Origin: Chloroflexota bacterium
GTDB lineage: Bacteria; Chloroflexota; Dehalococcoidia; Lucifugimonadales; UBA3495
Length of the DNA: 64,000 bases
Assembly: GCA_028875655.1 (NCBI GenBank)
Contig: JAPPCX010000069.1
Span: 13,268-77,267 of the forward strand
Direction: 5' to 3'
Position numbers and translations under genes: made by a program. Position 1 is the first letter of the stretch; the number at the start of each line of letters is the position of its first letter. Shown in pieces: positions 55,711 through 64,000 of the stretch. Below the pieces are notes generated by a model, which saw nothing but the letters and a program-made list of their open reading frames with translations, ran no database searches and had not been told where the DNA came from.

Positions 55711-56475
55711 ATGGGTCACATTCGTAGATTGGCTCCGGTTCTGACGCTCGTTGCCGTGATATGCGTCAGCGCCTGGTTGCTGGCGTGTGCTGCGCCCTCG
55801 TCGGACGGACCGGATGCGGAATACGCGGCCACGGTCCAGGCTTTGCTCCCGACATCGGAATCTTCCCCGGCGACCCCCTCCCGGAGCGACACTGCCATCC
55901 CGCTTACTGATGCTCCGGCCACTTCAACCGATAGGCCGCTTCGCGCCACTGACACGCCGGTTCCCGTCATCAACACGCCGGAACCGACCTATACCCCCAG
56001 GCCATTGCCGACTTACACGCCGCGCCCTGCTCCCGTTCCCGCCAGCGAAAGGGAGCGCACCCAGGGAGTACCGTTCCAGGCCGAAACCCTGGACGGGTCG
56101 GTGTTGACCCTGACGGATACCTATGGCACTCCGACGCTGCTGGCGTTCTGGGCGCCCTGGTGACCCCACTGCCAGCGGGAGTTGCCCGCTGTCGCCGCGC
56201 TTTACCGGGAGGAACTGCGGGACGCCGGCGTGCATATCATCGGCGTGTCCCAGTTCAACACCACCGAGGTGGCGACCAGGGAGTTTGTGGAGCGCAATGA
56301 ACTCACCTTCCCAAACTTCTACGACCCCGACGCGGCGGTCGCGTCCGCCTACGGAATCAGGGGCGTTCCCACCTACGTTTTCCTGGACAAGGATGGCCGC
56401 GTGGCGCGCACCAGCGCCGGAGCGCGGGGAGTCGGGCTGATCGAAGCGGTGCTGAACGAATTGCGTGTGGAGTGA
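55711..56475 (+). CDS. TlpA/ResA-like thioredoxin-fold lipoprotein with an in-frame TGA (candidate selenocysteine, U-x-x-C) at 56161-56163
   Basis: Lipobox LLAC. TLLAFWAPW-TGA-PHCQRELP matches FWAxWCxxCxxExP. The same frame continues (track ORF 56182-56475) through the cis-Pro motif GVPTYVFLDKDG. Confidence 0.7.
56173..56191 (+). promoter_or_regulatory. Candidate bacterial SECIS hairpin
   Basis: CAGCGGG-AGUUG-CCCGCUG is a perfect 7-bp stem starting 9 nt after the UGA, with G-U in the apical loop. Confidence 0.45.
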
Positions 56476-56500
56476 GCCCGAGTGTAGCGAACCGGGGTTG

Positions 56501-56509
56501 TGCTATAAT
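56501..56509 (+). promoter_or_regulatory. Candidate extended -10 promoter element (TGCTATAAT) for rpsF-ssb-rpsR
   Basis: Consensus TGnTATAAT lies 36 nt upstream of the rpsF TTG start. An AGGAGA RBS is at about 56532. Confidence 0.45.
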
Positions 56510-56544
56510 CGGTTCCCGTTCTTATCATTGCAGGAGAGTGCGAC

Positions 56545-57267
56545 TTGCGCCACTACGAACTTGTAACCATCCTCAGCCCGATGCTGAACCAAGACGACGC
56601 ATCCGCCACGTGGGATGAAATAAAATCGTTTATCACCAATCGCGAGGGTGAAATCACCGCCGAACAGACGTGGGGAACCCGCCGTTTGGCGTACCCGATC
56701 CGCAAGGGAAACTACAATTTCCTGGAGGGGTCCTACTACCTGAGTTCCTTCGCCGTGGACAACCCCTTCAACCGCGAGCTGGAGAATTACCTGCGTCTGC
56801 ACGATAACGTGCTGCGCGCGCTGGTGGTTCGTTGCGATGGCCCGCTGGCCGATAAGCCGGCGCCCGGGCCGTTGACCGCGCCATCGCGGTACATCCCGCC
56901 GGGACGCGGTCGCCGCAACGACGGCGGCGGGCCGATACCGGAAGCTCCGGCCGGCGCAACCGAGCGCGGCTCCGGCCCGCCTGCAGGCGCTGCCCCGGCC
57001 GCTCCGTCGTCCGAAGCCTCACCAGCCGCACCGAGTGCCCCAGCCGATGCGCCGGTTACCGAGGCGACTCCCGAAGCCCCGCCGGCGGACCAGACTGCGG
57101 CCCAGGCCGTACCCGCGGCCGCTCCCGCAGAACCCGTGGCCGCTCAGGCTCCTCCCACCGAGGAGTCAGCGGCGCAGCCCGCGCCCGACGCTCCGGCTCC
57201 GGCCGCTGAACCGGCAGCAACGCCCGAACCCGACGCCGGCGAATCCACGACCGAAAGTTCAACGTAA
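56545..57267 (+). CDS. rpsF: 30S ribosomal protein S6 with an Ala/Pro/Glu-rich C-terminal extension of about 140 aa
   Basis: MRHYELVTILSP...WGTRRLAYPI...YYL core, followed by a low-complexity tail. Confidence 0.9.
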   Translation: MRHYELVTILSPMLNQDDASATWDEIKSFITNREGEITAEQTWGTRRLAYPIRKGNYNFLEGSYYLSSFAVDNPFNRELENYLRLHDNVLRALVVRCDGPLADKPAPGPLTAPSRYIPPGRGRRNDGGGPIPEAPAGATERGSGPPAGAAPAAPSSEASPAAPSAPADAPVTEATPEAPPADQTAAQAVPAAAPAEPVAAQAPPTEESAAQPAPDAPAPAAEPAATPEPDAGESTTESST

Positions 57268-57274
57268 TCCCGGC

Positions 57275-57766
57275 ATGAACAAGATCATCATCATCGGCAA
57301 CCTGGGTCGAGACCCGGAGATGCGCTATTCGCCATCCGGAAACCCAATGACGTCGTTCAGCATTGCCAGCAATCGCCGTTACACCACTGCGGCCGGCGAA
57401 CAGCGAGAGGAAACCGAATGGTTCAACTGCACCGCTTTCGGTCGTCTGGCCGACGTATGCAACCAGTACCTTACACGTGGTCAGCAGGTTTACGTTGAAG
57501 GCAGGCTGCGGTCGAGACAGTACGACCGCCGGGACGGTACGCCCGGTTTCTCTCTGGACGTGAACGTCACCGAGATGCAGATGCTGGGTCGGCGCGGCGA
57601 CCAACCGGACGATGCCGGGGGATACGGCGGCGGTTACGGTGAACAGCGTGGGGGATATGCCGCTTCGCAGGACGCCGGATATGGTGAACCACGCGGCGGC
57701 GGGTACGGCTCTTACGGAGCTGGTGATCCTGCCGACTCTGCGGACGTTGACGACCTGCCTTTCTGA
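57275..57766 (+). CDS. ssb: Single-stranded DNA-binding protein
   Basis: MNKIIIIGNLGRDPEMRY OB-fold, a Gly/Tyr-rich linker and an acidic tip DVDDLPF. Confidence 0.95.
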   Translation: MNKIIIIGNLGRDPEMRYSPSGNPMTSFSIASNRRYTTAAGEQREETEWFNCTAFGRLADVCNQYLTRGQQVYVEGRLRSRQYDRRDGTPGFSLDVNVTEMQMLGRRGDQPDDAGGYGGGYGEQRGGYAASQDAGYGEPRGGGYGSYGAGDPADSADVDDLPF

Positions 57767-57817
57767 ACCTGCCAACGGCAGACGCAAGCTTAGGAAATTT
57801 TCAGAGGAGCTCCTCAA

Positions 57818-58264
57818 ATGACTACACCCGCCCCGTCCTCTCCGCCCCCGGCCGAAACACCGCAGTCTCCGCCCGCCGGCGCTGCCCCGCGTCCGCCTTC
57901 AGGAAACTTCGGGAACCGCCCGGGTGGCCCTCCAGGTGGTCCCGGCGGCCGCCCGGGTGGACCCGGCGGTCGGCCCCCGGGACGGGGCGGCCCGCGCGGC
58001 GGCGGTCGAGGCGGCCGGCGCTACGGCCCGCGACGCCGGGTTTGCGCGTTCACGGTCGAGGGCGTGGTTCCCGACTACAAGGACGTTGACCGTCTGCGGC
58101 GGTACATCTCTGAGCAGGGCAAGATTGAACCGACCCGCAAGACGGGCACGTCGGCCAAGAATCAGCGACTGCTGGCCCAGGCGATCAAACGGGCGCGCTA
58201 TCTGGCGCTGCTGCCCTACGCACCTGAACACAGTATCAACATTGGTATGCGTTCCGGTCGTTAG
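57818..58264 (+). CDS. rpsR: 30S ribosomal protein S18 with a Pro/Gly-rich N-terminal extension of about 70 aa
   Basis: C-terminal core [48 protein letters not shown]. Confidence 0.9.
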   Translation: MTTPAPSSPPPAETPQSPPAGAAPRPPSGNFGNRPGGPPGGPGGRPGGPGGRPPGRGGPRGGGRGGRRYGPRRRVCAFTVEGVVPDYKDVDRLRRYISEQGKIEPTRKTGTSAKNQRLLAQAIKRARYLALLPYAPEHSINIGMRSGR

Positions 58265-58302
58265 TTGATCGCACCGAATTTGACGCTACCGCTGGCAAAG
58301 AC

Positions 58303-59529
58303 ATGGTGAACCTGCCGCTGCCCTGGAAACGCAGCGCCGATACCGCAGCCGAGGATCCACCGGACGCATCGGATAGGCGTCCGGTCCGCCGACGCGGGGG
58401 TCGCAACCGGCGCGTCGGCATCAGCGATGAGAACGCCGCGGCCGCCGCCAGAGCACGACGCAGCGTTGAGCGAAGACGCCAGCGCATCGCCTTCATCATC
58501 GGAGGCGCGCTGATACTGATCATCGTTGCCGTGGTGATGGCCGGAGTTTACCAGGCGTACATACATCCCCCACGGGTAATGGCCGGCGAGGTCCGGGGCG
58601 TGAAATTCACCATGGGAGACCTGGTGGAGCGCATACGTGTCCTCCAGGGCATTGACCGCTACCAGGGCGGCCAGGTTGACCTGAGCACCATTCCGTTCCA
58701 GCTCCTGACCGACTTGCTGCACGTTGAGATATTACGCCAGGCGGCTCCCGGCCTGCAGATCAACGTCACCGACGAGCAGATCGAAGAGGCCATCAGGGGG
58801 CGGTTCCGACCGGAGCCGCAGCCCGGACAGGAAGTTGACGACGCGCAACTGGATGCAGAGTACCGGAATACATACACAGGGTTCCTGACGCAGGTGAACC
58901 TGGACGACGCAGCCTATCGCCGCATCGTGGAAGAGCAATTGCAGCAGCGGGAACTCTTCGCCCGCATGCTGGCCTCACTTCCTGAAGAAGCGCAGCAGGT
59001 GGAGTTGCAGGCCATCTCCATAAGCATCAACTCCGACGCCGTTCCGGAGGCGGTGAAGGAGCGGTTGGAACTCGGCGAAGACTTTGCGACGGTGGCGCGA
59101 GAAATTTCCCGCAACGATGGGTACATCGGCTGGGTGCCCGAAGGCGCGTTCCCCGATTTCGACCCCTACCTGTTCGGGGAAACCGAGGTCACCGAAAGCG
59201 GCGAAACTAAGCGTAAACCTCCGCTGCTGTCGGCGGGCGACGTTTCCGAGCCGATATACGTGGACCAGTCGATTTTCCTGATCCGGGCGATCGGCGCCAT
59301 TGAGACCCGGGAGATTGAGCCGGCGATGCGCTTTCAGATGGCCGGCGCCCGGGTGGAGGAATGGAAAGACGACCAGTTGACCCAGGGCACGCAGGAAGGC
59401 TGGGTCAAAATCAATTTTGACAGCAACCGGTACGCCTGGGTCACGGAGCAGGTGCGGTTGACTCGGCCGAGGGTTACCCCTGAGCCACAGCGAGAGCAGG
59501 GCGGCTTCCCTGGTGGACTCACCAGGTGA
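58303..59529 (+). CDS. Membrane-anchored SurA-N/PpiC-type peptidyl-prolyl isomerase-like chaperone
   Basis: N-terminal TM segment (IAFIIGGALILIIVAVVMAGV), a SurA-N-like helical region and a parvulin-like segment (FATVAREISRNDGYIGWV...SEPIYVDQSIFLI). Confidence 0.6.
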   Translation: MVNLPLPWKRSADTAAEDPPDASDRRPVRRRGGRNRRVGISDENAAAAARARRSVERRRQRIAFIIGGALILIIVAVVMAGVYQAYIHPPRVMAGEVRGVKFTMGDLVERIRVLQGIDRYQGGQVDLSTIPFQLLTDLLHVEILRQAAPGLQINVTDEQIEEAIRGRFRPEPQPGQEVDDAQLDAEYRNTYTGFLTQVNLDDAAYRRIVEEQLQQRELFARMLASLPEEAQQVELQAISISINSDAVPEAVKERLELGEDFATVAREISRNDGYIGWVPEGAFPDFDPYLFGETEVTESGETKRKPPLLSAGDVSEPIYVDQSIFLIRAIGAIETREIEPAMRFQMAGARVEEWKDDQLTQGTQEGWVKINFDSNRYAWVTEQVRLTRPRVTPEPQREQGGFPGGLTR

Positions 59530-60866
59530 CCGCGATCCGCATGGCGCCGCGCAACACAACCGTCAACATCAGCCTGATGGGGCTGGGAACCGTGGGTGGC
59601 GGCGTGGCTGCCGCTTTGGCGGGAAACGCTGAGGCGATCAAACGCAAGACCGGGCGCACAGTGCGGCTCAAGCAGGCGCTGGTCAGGGATGTTTCCCGCC
59701 CGCGCGACCCGTCACTGCCTGCCGGGTTGTTGACTACGAACCCCGAAGATATTCTGGCCGATCCCGACGTCGATATCGTGGTGGAGATGATGGGCGGCGA
59801 CTCGCCGGCCGGGAGCTATCTGGAGCGGGCCATCACCGCGGGGAAGCACGTGGTCACGGCCAACAAGGAGGTCATGTCCCGCCGTGGGCCGTCCTTGCTG
59901 GCACTGGCGCAGGAAAAGCGCGTCAATCTGCTGTTTGAGGCATCTGCCGGCGGTGGCATACCCATCGTCGGCTGCTTGATGTCCCAACTGCTGGCGAACG
60001 ATATACGCTCCATTCGTTCCATCATCAACGGCACCACCAATTACATCCTGACGCGGATGGCCCGGCAACAGACGCCTTTCGCCGATGCTCTTGCCGAAGC
60101 TCAGGCTCGCGGTTACGCCGAATCCGATCCTACTAACGATATCGAAGGCATCGACGCCGCCTACAAGCTTTCGGTGCTGGGCAGCCTGGCCTTTCACCGG
60201 CCGATACCCCACGATTCGATCTATACCGAAGGCATCAACCGTCTCGCCCCCGAAGACTTCCGGTACGCCGCCGAGTTGGGATACGCCATCAAGTCGCTTG
60301 CCATAGCCGTGGCCGAGGATGACGGGGCCGTGCGTGCGCGGGTTCACCCGGCGCTGGTCCCCGAGGATCACCTGTTGGCAAAAGTTGACGGCGTGTATAA
60401 TGCCGTTGAGGTGACCGGAGACCTGTGCGGCCAGATAATCCTGCACGGACAGGGCGCTGGGCGCGAGGCGACCACTAGTGCCGTGATGGGTGATGTGCTT
60501 AACATTGTGCGTGGGCTGGCCAACTCGGAGGGGCCGCCGCCGCTTCCGGACACTCCCAACGTGGCAAGCAACGGCGGGCCGCTTGCGGCGGTGGACCCCA
60601 TCGACGAGTTGTCCAGCGCCTACTACATGCGCCTCACCTGCGCTGACCAGGCCGGCGTTCTGGCGCAAATCGCTCAAATCCTGGGAGACGGCAACATCTC
60701 CATCGCTACCGTTATCCAGAAAGACACCGACCCGGGCAGCGGCACCGCTCAACTGGTGATCACTACGTACCCCTCTCGGGAGGCAGACGTGCAAACCGCG
60801 CTGCGCGCCGTCGGCGAATTGAGCGTCGTCGTCAGCGTCAATAACCTGATCAGGATAGAGGAGTAA
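59526..60866 (+). CDS. hom: Homoserine dehydrogenase (with a C-terminal ACT domain)
   Basis: NAD-binding motif LMGLGTVGGGV, plus NKEV, a catalytic region and ACT (YYMRLTCADQAGVLAQIA). The GTG start overlaps the upstream stop (GTGA). Confidence 0.9.
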   Translation: MTAIRMAPRNTTVNISLMGLGTVGGGVAAALAGNAEAIKRKTGRTVRLKQALVRDVSRPRDPSLPAGLLTTNPEDILADPDVDIVVEMMGGDSPAGSYLERAITAGKHVVTANKEVMSRRGPSLLALAQEKRVNLLFEASAGGGIPIVGCLMSQLLANDIRSIRSIINGTTNYILTRMARQQTPFADALAEAQARGYAESDPTNDIEGIDAAYKLSVLGSLAFHRPIPHDSIYTEGINRLAPEDFRYAAELGYAIKSLAIAVAEDDGAVRARVHPALVPEDHLLAKVDGVYNAVEVTGDLCGQIILHGQGAGREATTSAVMGDVLNIVRGLANSEGPPPLPDTPNVASNGGPLAAVDPIDELSSAYYMRLTCADQAGVLAQIAQILGDGNISIATVIQKDTDPGSGTAQLVITTYPSREADVQTALRAVGELSVVVSVNNLIRIEE

Positions 60867-60903
60867 GTCAGGGCACTGAGCTTCAGGACTGGCGGGAAAT
60901 CTG

Positions 60904-61971
60904 ATGGGCGTTGGCGTATTGCAACAATACCGTGAACTGCTGCCGGTCAGCGAGGAGACCCCCATCTTTTCTATGGGGGAGGGGGACACGCCGCTGGTGA
61001 GGTCTCGAAATTTGGGGCCTGAACTGGGATGCGACCTGTATTTCAAACTGGAAGGATGCAACCCCACCGGATCTTTCAAAGATCGGGGGATGGTGGTGGC
61101 CATCGCCAAGGCCATGGAAGAACATTGCCTGGGCGTGATGTGCGCTTCTACCGGGAATACCAGCGCGTCGGCCGCCGCCTATTCGGCGTATTGCGGTCTG
61201 ACTTGCTGGGTGCTGATTCCGAAAGGTGAGGTGGCCCTGGGCAAGCTGGCCCAAGCCATGGCCTACGGGGCGCGCATCATTCTGGTGGATGGCAATTTTG
61301 ACGCCGCGCTCGCCCTGGTCCGGCAGTTCACCGAAACAAGCCCGATCACTTTGGTAAATTCGGTCAACCAGCACCGGATCGAAGGTCAAAAGACCGCCTC
61401 GTTCGAAGTGTCCGACGTGTTAGGCGACGCTCCAGACTACTTGTTTATTCCGGTCGGCAACGCGGGCAACATCACCGCCTACTGGCGAGGGTTCGTTGAA
61501 TATCACCAGCTTGGCCGCAATGATTCGTTGCCCAGGATGATGGGTTTTCAAGCCGAGGGCGCGGCCCCCATCGTTCAAGGCAAACCCATACCTTATCCGC
61601 AGACCATCGCGTCGGCCATACGGATCGGGAACCCCGCGAGCTGGAAATTCGCTGAACGGGCACGCGACCAGTCCGGGGGCGTAATCGATGCCGTTTCCGA
61701 CGACGAAATCCTGGACGCGTACCGCCTGCTGGCGTCGCAGGAGGGTATTTTCGGCGAACCCGCCTCCGCCGCGTCGGTCGCGGGGTTGCTGAAATTGTCC
61801 CGCAACGGCCTGGAATTGCGTGGGAAGCGGGTTGTGTGCGTCGTTACCGGCACGGGTTTGAAAGACCCTGACCTAGCCGTCAGCAGCGCTCAGGCGCACA
61901 CGGTCGAAATCCAGCCGAACCTGGAGGCCATTGAATCGGCGATCATGGAATCCATTCCCAAGGGATCTTGA
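60904..61971 (+). CDS. thrC: Threonine synthase
   Basis: PLP-lysine motif NPTGSFKDRG. 355 aa. Follows hom. Confidence 0.9.
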   Translation: MGVGVLQQYRELLPVSEETPIFSMGEGDTPLVRSRNLGPELGCDLYFKLEGCNPTGSFKDRGMVVAIAKAMEEHCLGVMCASTGNTSASAAAYSAYCGLTCWVLIPKGEVALGKLAQAMAYGARIILVDGNFDAALALVRQFTETSPITLVNSVNQHRIEGQKTASFEVSDVLGDAPDYLFIPVGNAGNITAYWRGFVEYHQLGRNDSLPRMMGFQAEGAAPIVQGKPIPYPQTIASAIRIGNPASWKFAERARDQSGGVIDAVSDDEILDAYRLLASQEGIFGEPASAASVAGLLKLSRNGLELRGKRVVCVVTGTGLKDPDLAVSSAQAHTVEIQPNLEAIESAIMESIPKGS

Positions 61972-61999
61972 CCCTGCCTCCGGTGTGATTACACGAACC

Positions 62000-62578
62000 A
62001 TGACCGTCGCTGCTCCCAAAATGAACTCCGCCGCCATTGAGGTCGCGATCGGAACCGTTCTCAAATACGTCGATGAGGACAGCGGTCGCGAAGGTTTGTG
62101 GCGCACTCCGGAACGGGTGGCGGAAATGTATGGCGAAATATTTTCGGGCGTGGGCAAGGACCCCGCCGAGGAGATTGACGCCATCTTTTCCGAGGACGTC
62201 TCCCGGGATCCCGTCATGATCCAGGATCTGCAATTCTATTCGATGTGTGAACATCATCTGCTGCCCTTTTTCGGTCAGGCCAGTCTCTTGTACGTTCCCG
62301 ACCGCCACATCGCTGGCATCAGCAAAATCGCCCGGGCGTTGGAAACGGCGTCGCGGCGGTTGCAGGTCCAGGAACGGCTGACCGCCCAACTGGCCGACGC
62401 GGTGGTTTGCCGGGTCAGGCCCCTCGCCGTGGTCTGCCGCCTGGAAGCCGAGCATCTTTGCATGTCCATGCGTGGAGTGCAAAAGCCGGGGCATCGTATG
62501 GTGACTACGGCGGTGCGGCTGAGCGGAGAGTCGGCCGGCTACTCCAATCACGACTTGCTTGCCATGTTGGAAGCGTAA
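62000..62578 (+). CDS. folE: GTP cyclohydrolase I
   Basis: Motifs RTPERVAEMY, MCEHHLLPFFG and RLQVQERLT. Start refined to the ATG at 62000. Confidence 0.9.
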   Translation: MTVAAPKMNSAAIEVAIGTVLKYVDEDSGREGLWRTPERVAEMYGEIFSGVGKDPAEEIDAIFSEDVSRDPVMIQDLQFYSMCEHHLLPFFGQASLLYVPDRHIAGISKIARALETASRRLQVQERLTAQLADAVVCRVRPLAVVCRLEAEHLCMSMRGVQKPGHRMVTTAVRLSGESAGYSNHDLLAMLEA

Positions 62579-62589
62579 GGACGTTGCCC

Positions 62590-63600
62590 ATGACCGCGTT
62601 CGAAGCGCCGATACCGCTTGCTTCTTTCGATCAAATTCGTTCCCAATGGCAGGAGCTTTTGGGGCGTTCCTCCGTGAACAATTTGTACATTACACCGGTG
62701 TGGCAGGAACTATGGTGGAGCGCTTTCCAAAATGGGCGGTCTCTGGCGGGCTTTTATCTCACCGACGCCGCCGGAGAAGTCACGGCTATCGCGTCGCTTT
62801 CCAGGGCCGAGGACCAGTATTCGCTGTTGGGCAACAGCGATACCTTTGACTACAACGACTTTATCGTTGCCGCCGGCGCGGAAGAGATTTTTTACCCCAC
62901 GTTGCTTGATACCATATCGGCCAATGGGGCGACGCGGCTGGACCTCTATTCCATCAGCGAAGAATCGCCCACCCTGGCCATACTGCCGGACCTCGCCCGA
63001 GCCAACGGGTATACGGTGAACGTCGCCGAAGAGGATGTAGCTCCGCGCATCGAGTTGGCCGAAACCTGGGATGACTATCTGGCGGGGTTGAGCAAGAAGG
63101 ACCGGCACGAACTGCGGCGCAAACTCCGCCGCTTGGACGCGCAGGGCAACTGGCGTTGGTACTGTGTTTCCGATCCCGTGGAGGCCGGGAAGTGCATGGA
63201 TACTTTTGTGGATCTGATGCGTCGCAGCGACCCGGCTAAGGCCGAGTTTCTCACCGAGGAGCGGGAGGCTTTTTTCCGGCGCATGGTGGAAGCCACCGCA
63301 TCGGAAGGTATGCTGCGGTTGTTTTTCATGGAGATGGACGATCTGCCGGTGGCTTCTTCGCTCTGCTTCGATTATGACGGCGTGCGCATGTTGTACAACA
63401 GCGGACATGACCCCGAATACCGCTACTACAGCGTGGGACTCCTCCTGCACTCGTTGTGCCTGCGCGATGCCCTGGAGAGGGGCTACCGGTACTTCGACTT
63501 TCTGCGGGGCAACGAACCGTACAAGTACCGCCTTGGCGGAACCGACCGCCAGTTGTATCGCATCAGCCTGGAGCCAACGAGCGAGGATGCTGTCACGTGA
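62590..63600 (+). CDS. GNAT-family (CelD/BioF2-like, Acetyltransf_6) acetyltransferase
   Basis: Start at MTAFEAPIPL. The C-terminus YRYFDFLRGNEPYKYRLGG is typical of this family. Confidence 0.7.
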   Translation: MTAFEAPIPLASFDQIRSQWQELLGRSSVNNLYITPVWQELWWSAFQNGRSLAGFYLTDAAGEVTAIASLSRAEDQYSLLGNSDTFDYNDFIVAAGAEEIFYPTLLDTISANGATRLDLYSISEESPTLAILPDLARANGYTVNVAEEDVAPRIELAETWDDYLAGLSKKDRHELRRKLRRLDAQGNWRWYCVSDPVEAGKCMDTFVDLMRRSDPAKAEFLTEEREAFFRRMVEATASEGMLRLFFMEMDDLPVASSLCFDYDGVRMLYNSGHDPEYRYYSVGLLLHSLCLRDALERGYRYFDFLRGNEPYKYRLGGTDRQLYRISLEPTSEDAVT

Positions 63601-64000
63601 ACGGCTACGGTATCATCAGGATCGCCCTCCTGGCCTATCATGCCTGCCCTCTGGCCGCCCCCGGCCAGGGCAAGTCCGGCGGCATGAACGTGCACGTGCG
63701 AGAGATTGCCCGGGCCCTGTCCGACCGGGGCGTCGGAGTTGACATATTCACGCGCATCCACGAAGGCCAGTGTCTGGATGCGCCGGGAATCGTGGACAAT
63801 GTCAACGTGGTCCATATCCCAGCCGGCCCGGAGGACGCTCCTCTGTCCCAGCAGTTTGAACACCTGCCGGAGTTTCTGGATGGCATCTTGTCGTATCGCA
63901 ACCGCAATCAGGCGAACTATGAGGCCGTCCATTCCCACTACTGGTTGAGCGGTCTGTCCGGCCGGGAATTCGCGGCAACCATCGGCGCGCCGCACGTGAT
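63597..64000 (+). CDS. GT4-family glycosyltransferase, MshA-like (partial; runs off the window)
   Basis: The GTG start overlaps the upstream stop (GTGA). Translation IRIALLAYHACPLAAPGQGKSGGMNVHVREIARAL...HSHYWLSG. It has no stop in the window, so it is absent from the ORF track. Confidence 0.75.
   Translation, partial: MNGYGIIRIALLAYHACPLAAPGQGKSGGMNVHVREIARALSDRGVGVDIFTRIHEGQCLDAPGIVDNVNVVHIPAGPEDAPLSQQFEHLPEFLDGILSYRNRNQANYEAVHSHYWLSGLSGREFAATIGAPHV

Overview
This is a high-GC (roughly 60-65% by eye) bacterial chromosomal segment that is densely coding on both strands. I found no rRNA, tRNA, CRISPR array, transposase or integrase.

**Housekeeping backbone.** The identifiable core genes are secG, gatB, acs, metG, a polyprenyl synthase, lipA, gmk, aroA, tyrA, pth, rpsF-ssb-rpsR, hom, thrC and folE.

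**Likely lineage (inference only, no search was possible).** Three features are reminiscent of marine Chloroflexota of the SAR202 type:
- four family-III CoA-transferase paralogs together with MaoC hydratase, SDR and enoyl-CoA hydratase genes;
- an LLM flavin monooxygenase;
- ribosomal proteins with low-complexity extensions.

**Accessory, lower-GC islets between the core blocks.**
- An MmeI-type (Type IIL) restriction-modification fusion enzyme.
- Uma2 endonuclease genes: one intact and one decayed.
- Two toxin-antitoxin-like pairs.
- Two ankyrin-repeat proteins.
- A leaderless trypsin-like protease.
- A decayed retropepsin-like gene.
- An AT-rich orphan ORF.

**Most interesting hidden signal: two in-frame TGA codons that look like selenocysteine.**
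- In a ferredoxin-thioredoxin-reductase catalytic-subunit-like gene the motif reads C-H-TGA where C-H-C is expected.
- In a TlpA/ResA-like thioredoxin-fold lipoprotein it reads W-TGA-P-H-C where W-C-x-x-C is expected.
- In both cases homology-like sequence continues in frame past the TGA, and a GU-containing hairpin follows it. These look like selenoproteins that an ORF caller would split or truncate.

**Other structure.**
- Perfect in-frame coding tandem repeats of 33 bp and 42 bp in two coiled-coil proteins.
- A duplicated RBS-plus-N-terminus cassette shared by two unrelated genes.
- Three short dispersed intergenic repeat or hairpin families.
- A recurring extended -10 promoter motif, TGnTAnAAT.

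**Limits.** All product calls rest on motifs recognised by eye. Hand-refined coordinates may be off by 1-3 nt.
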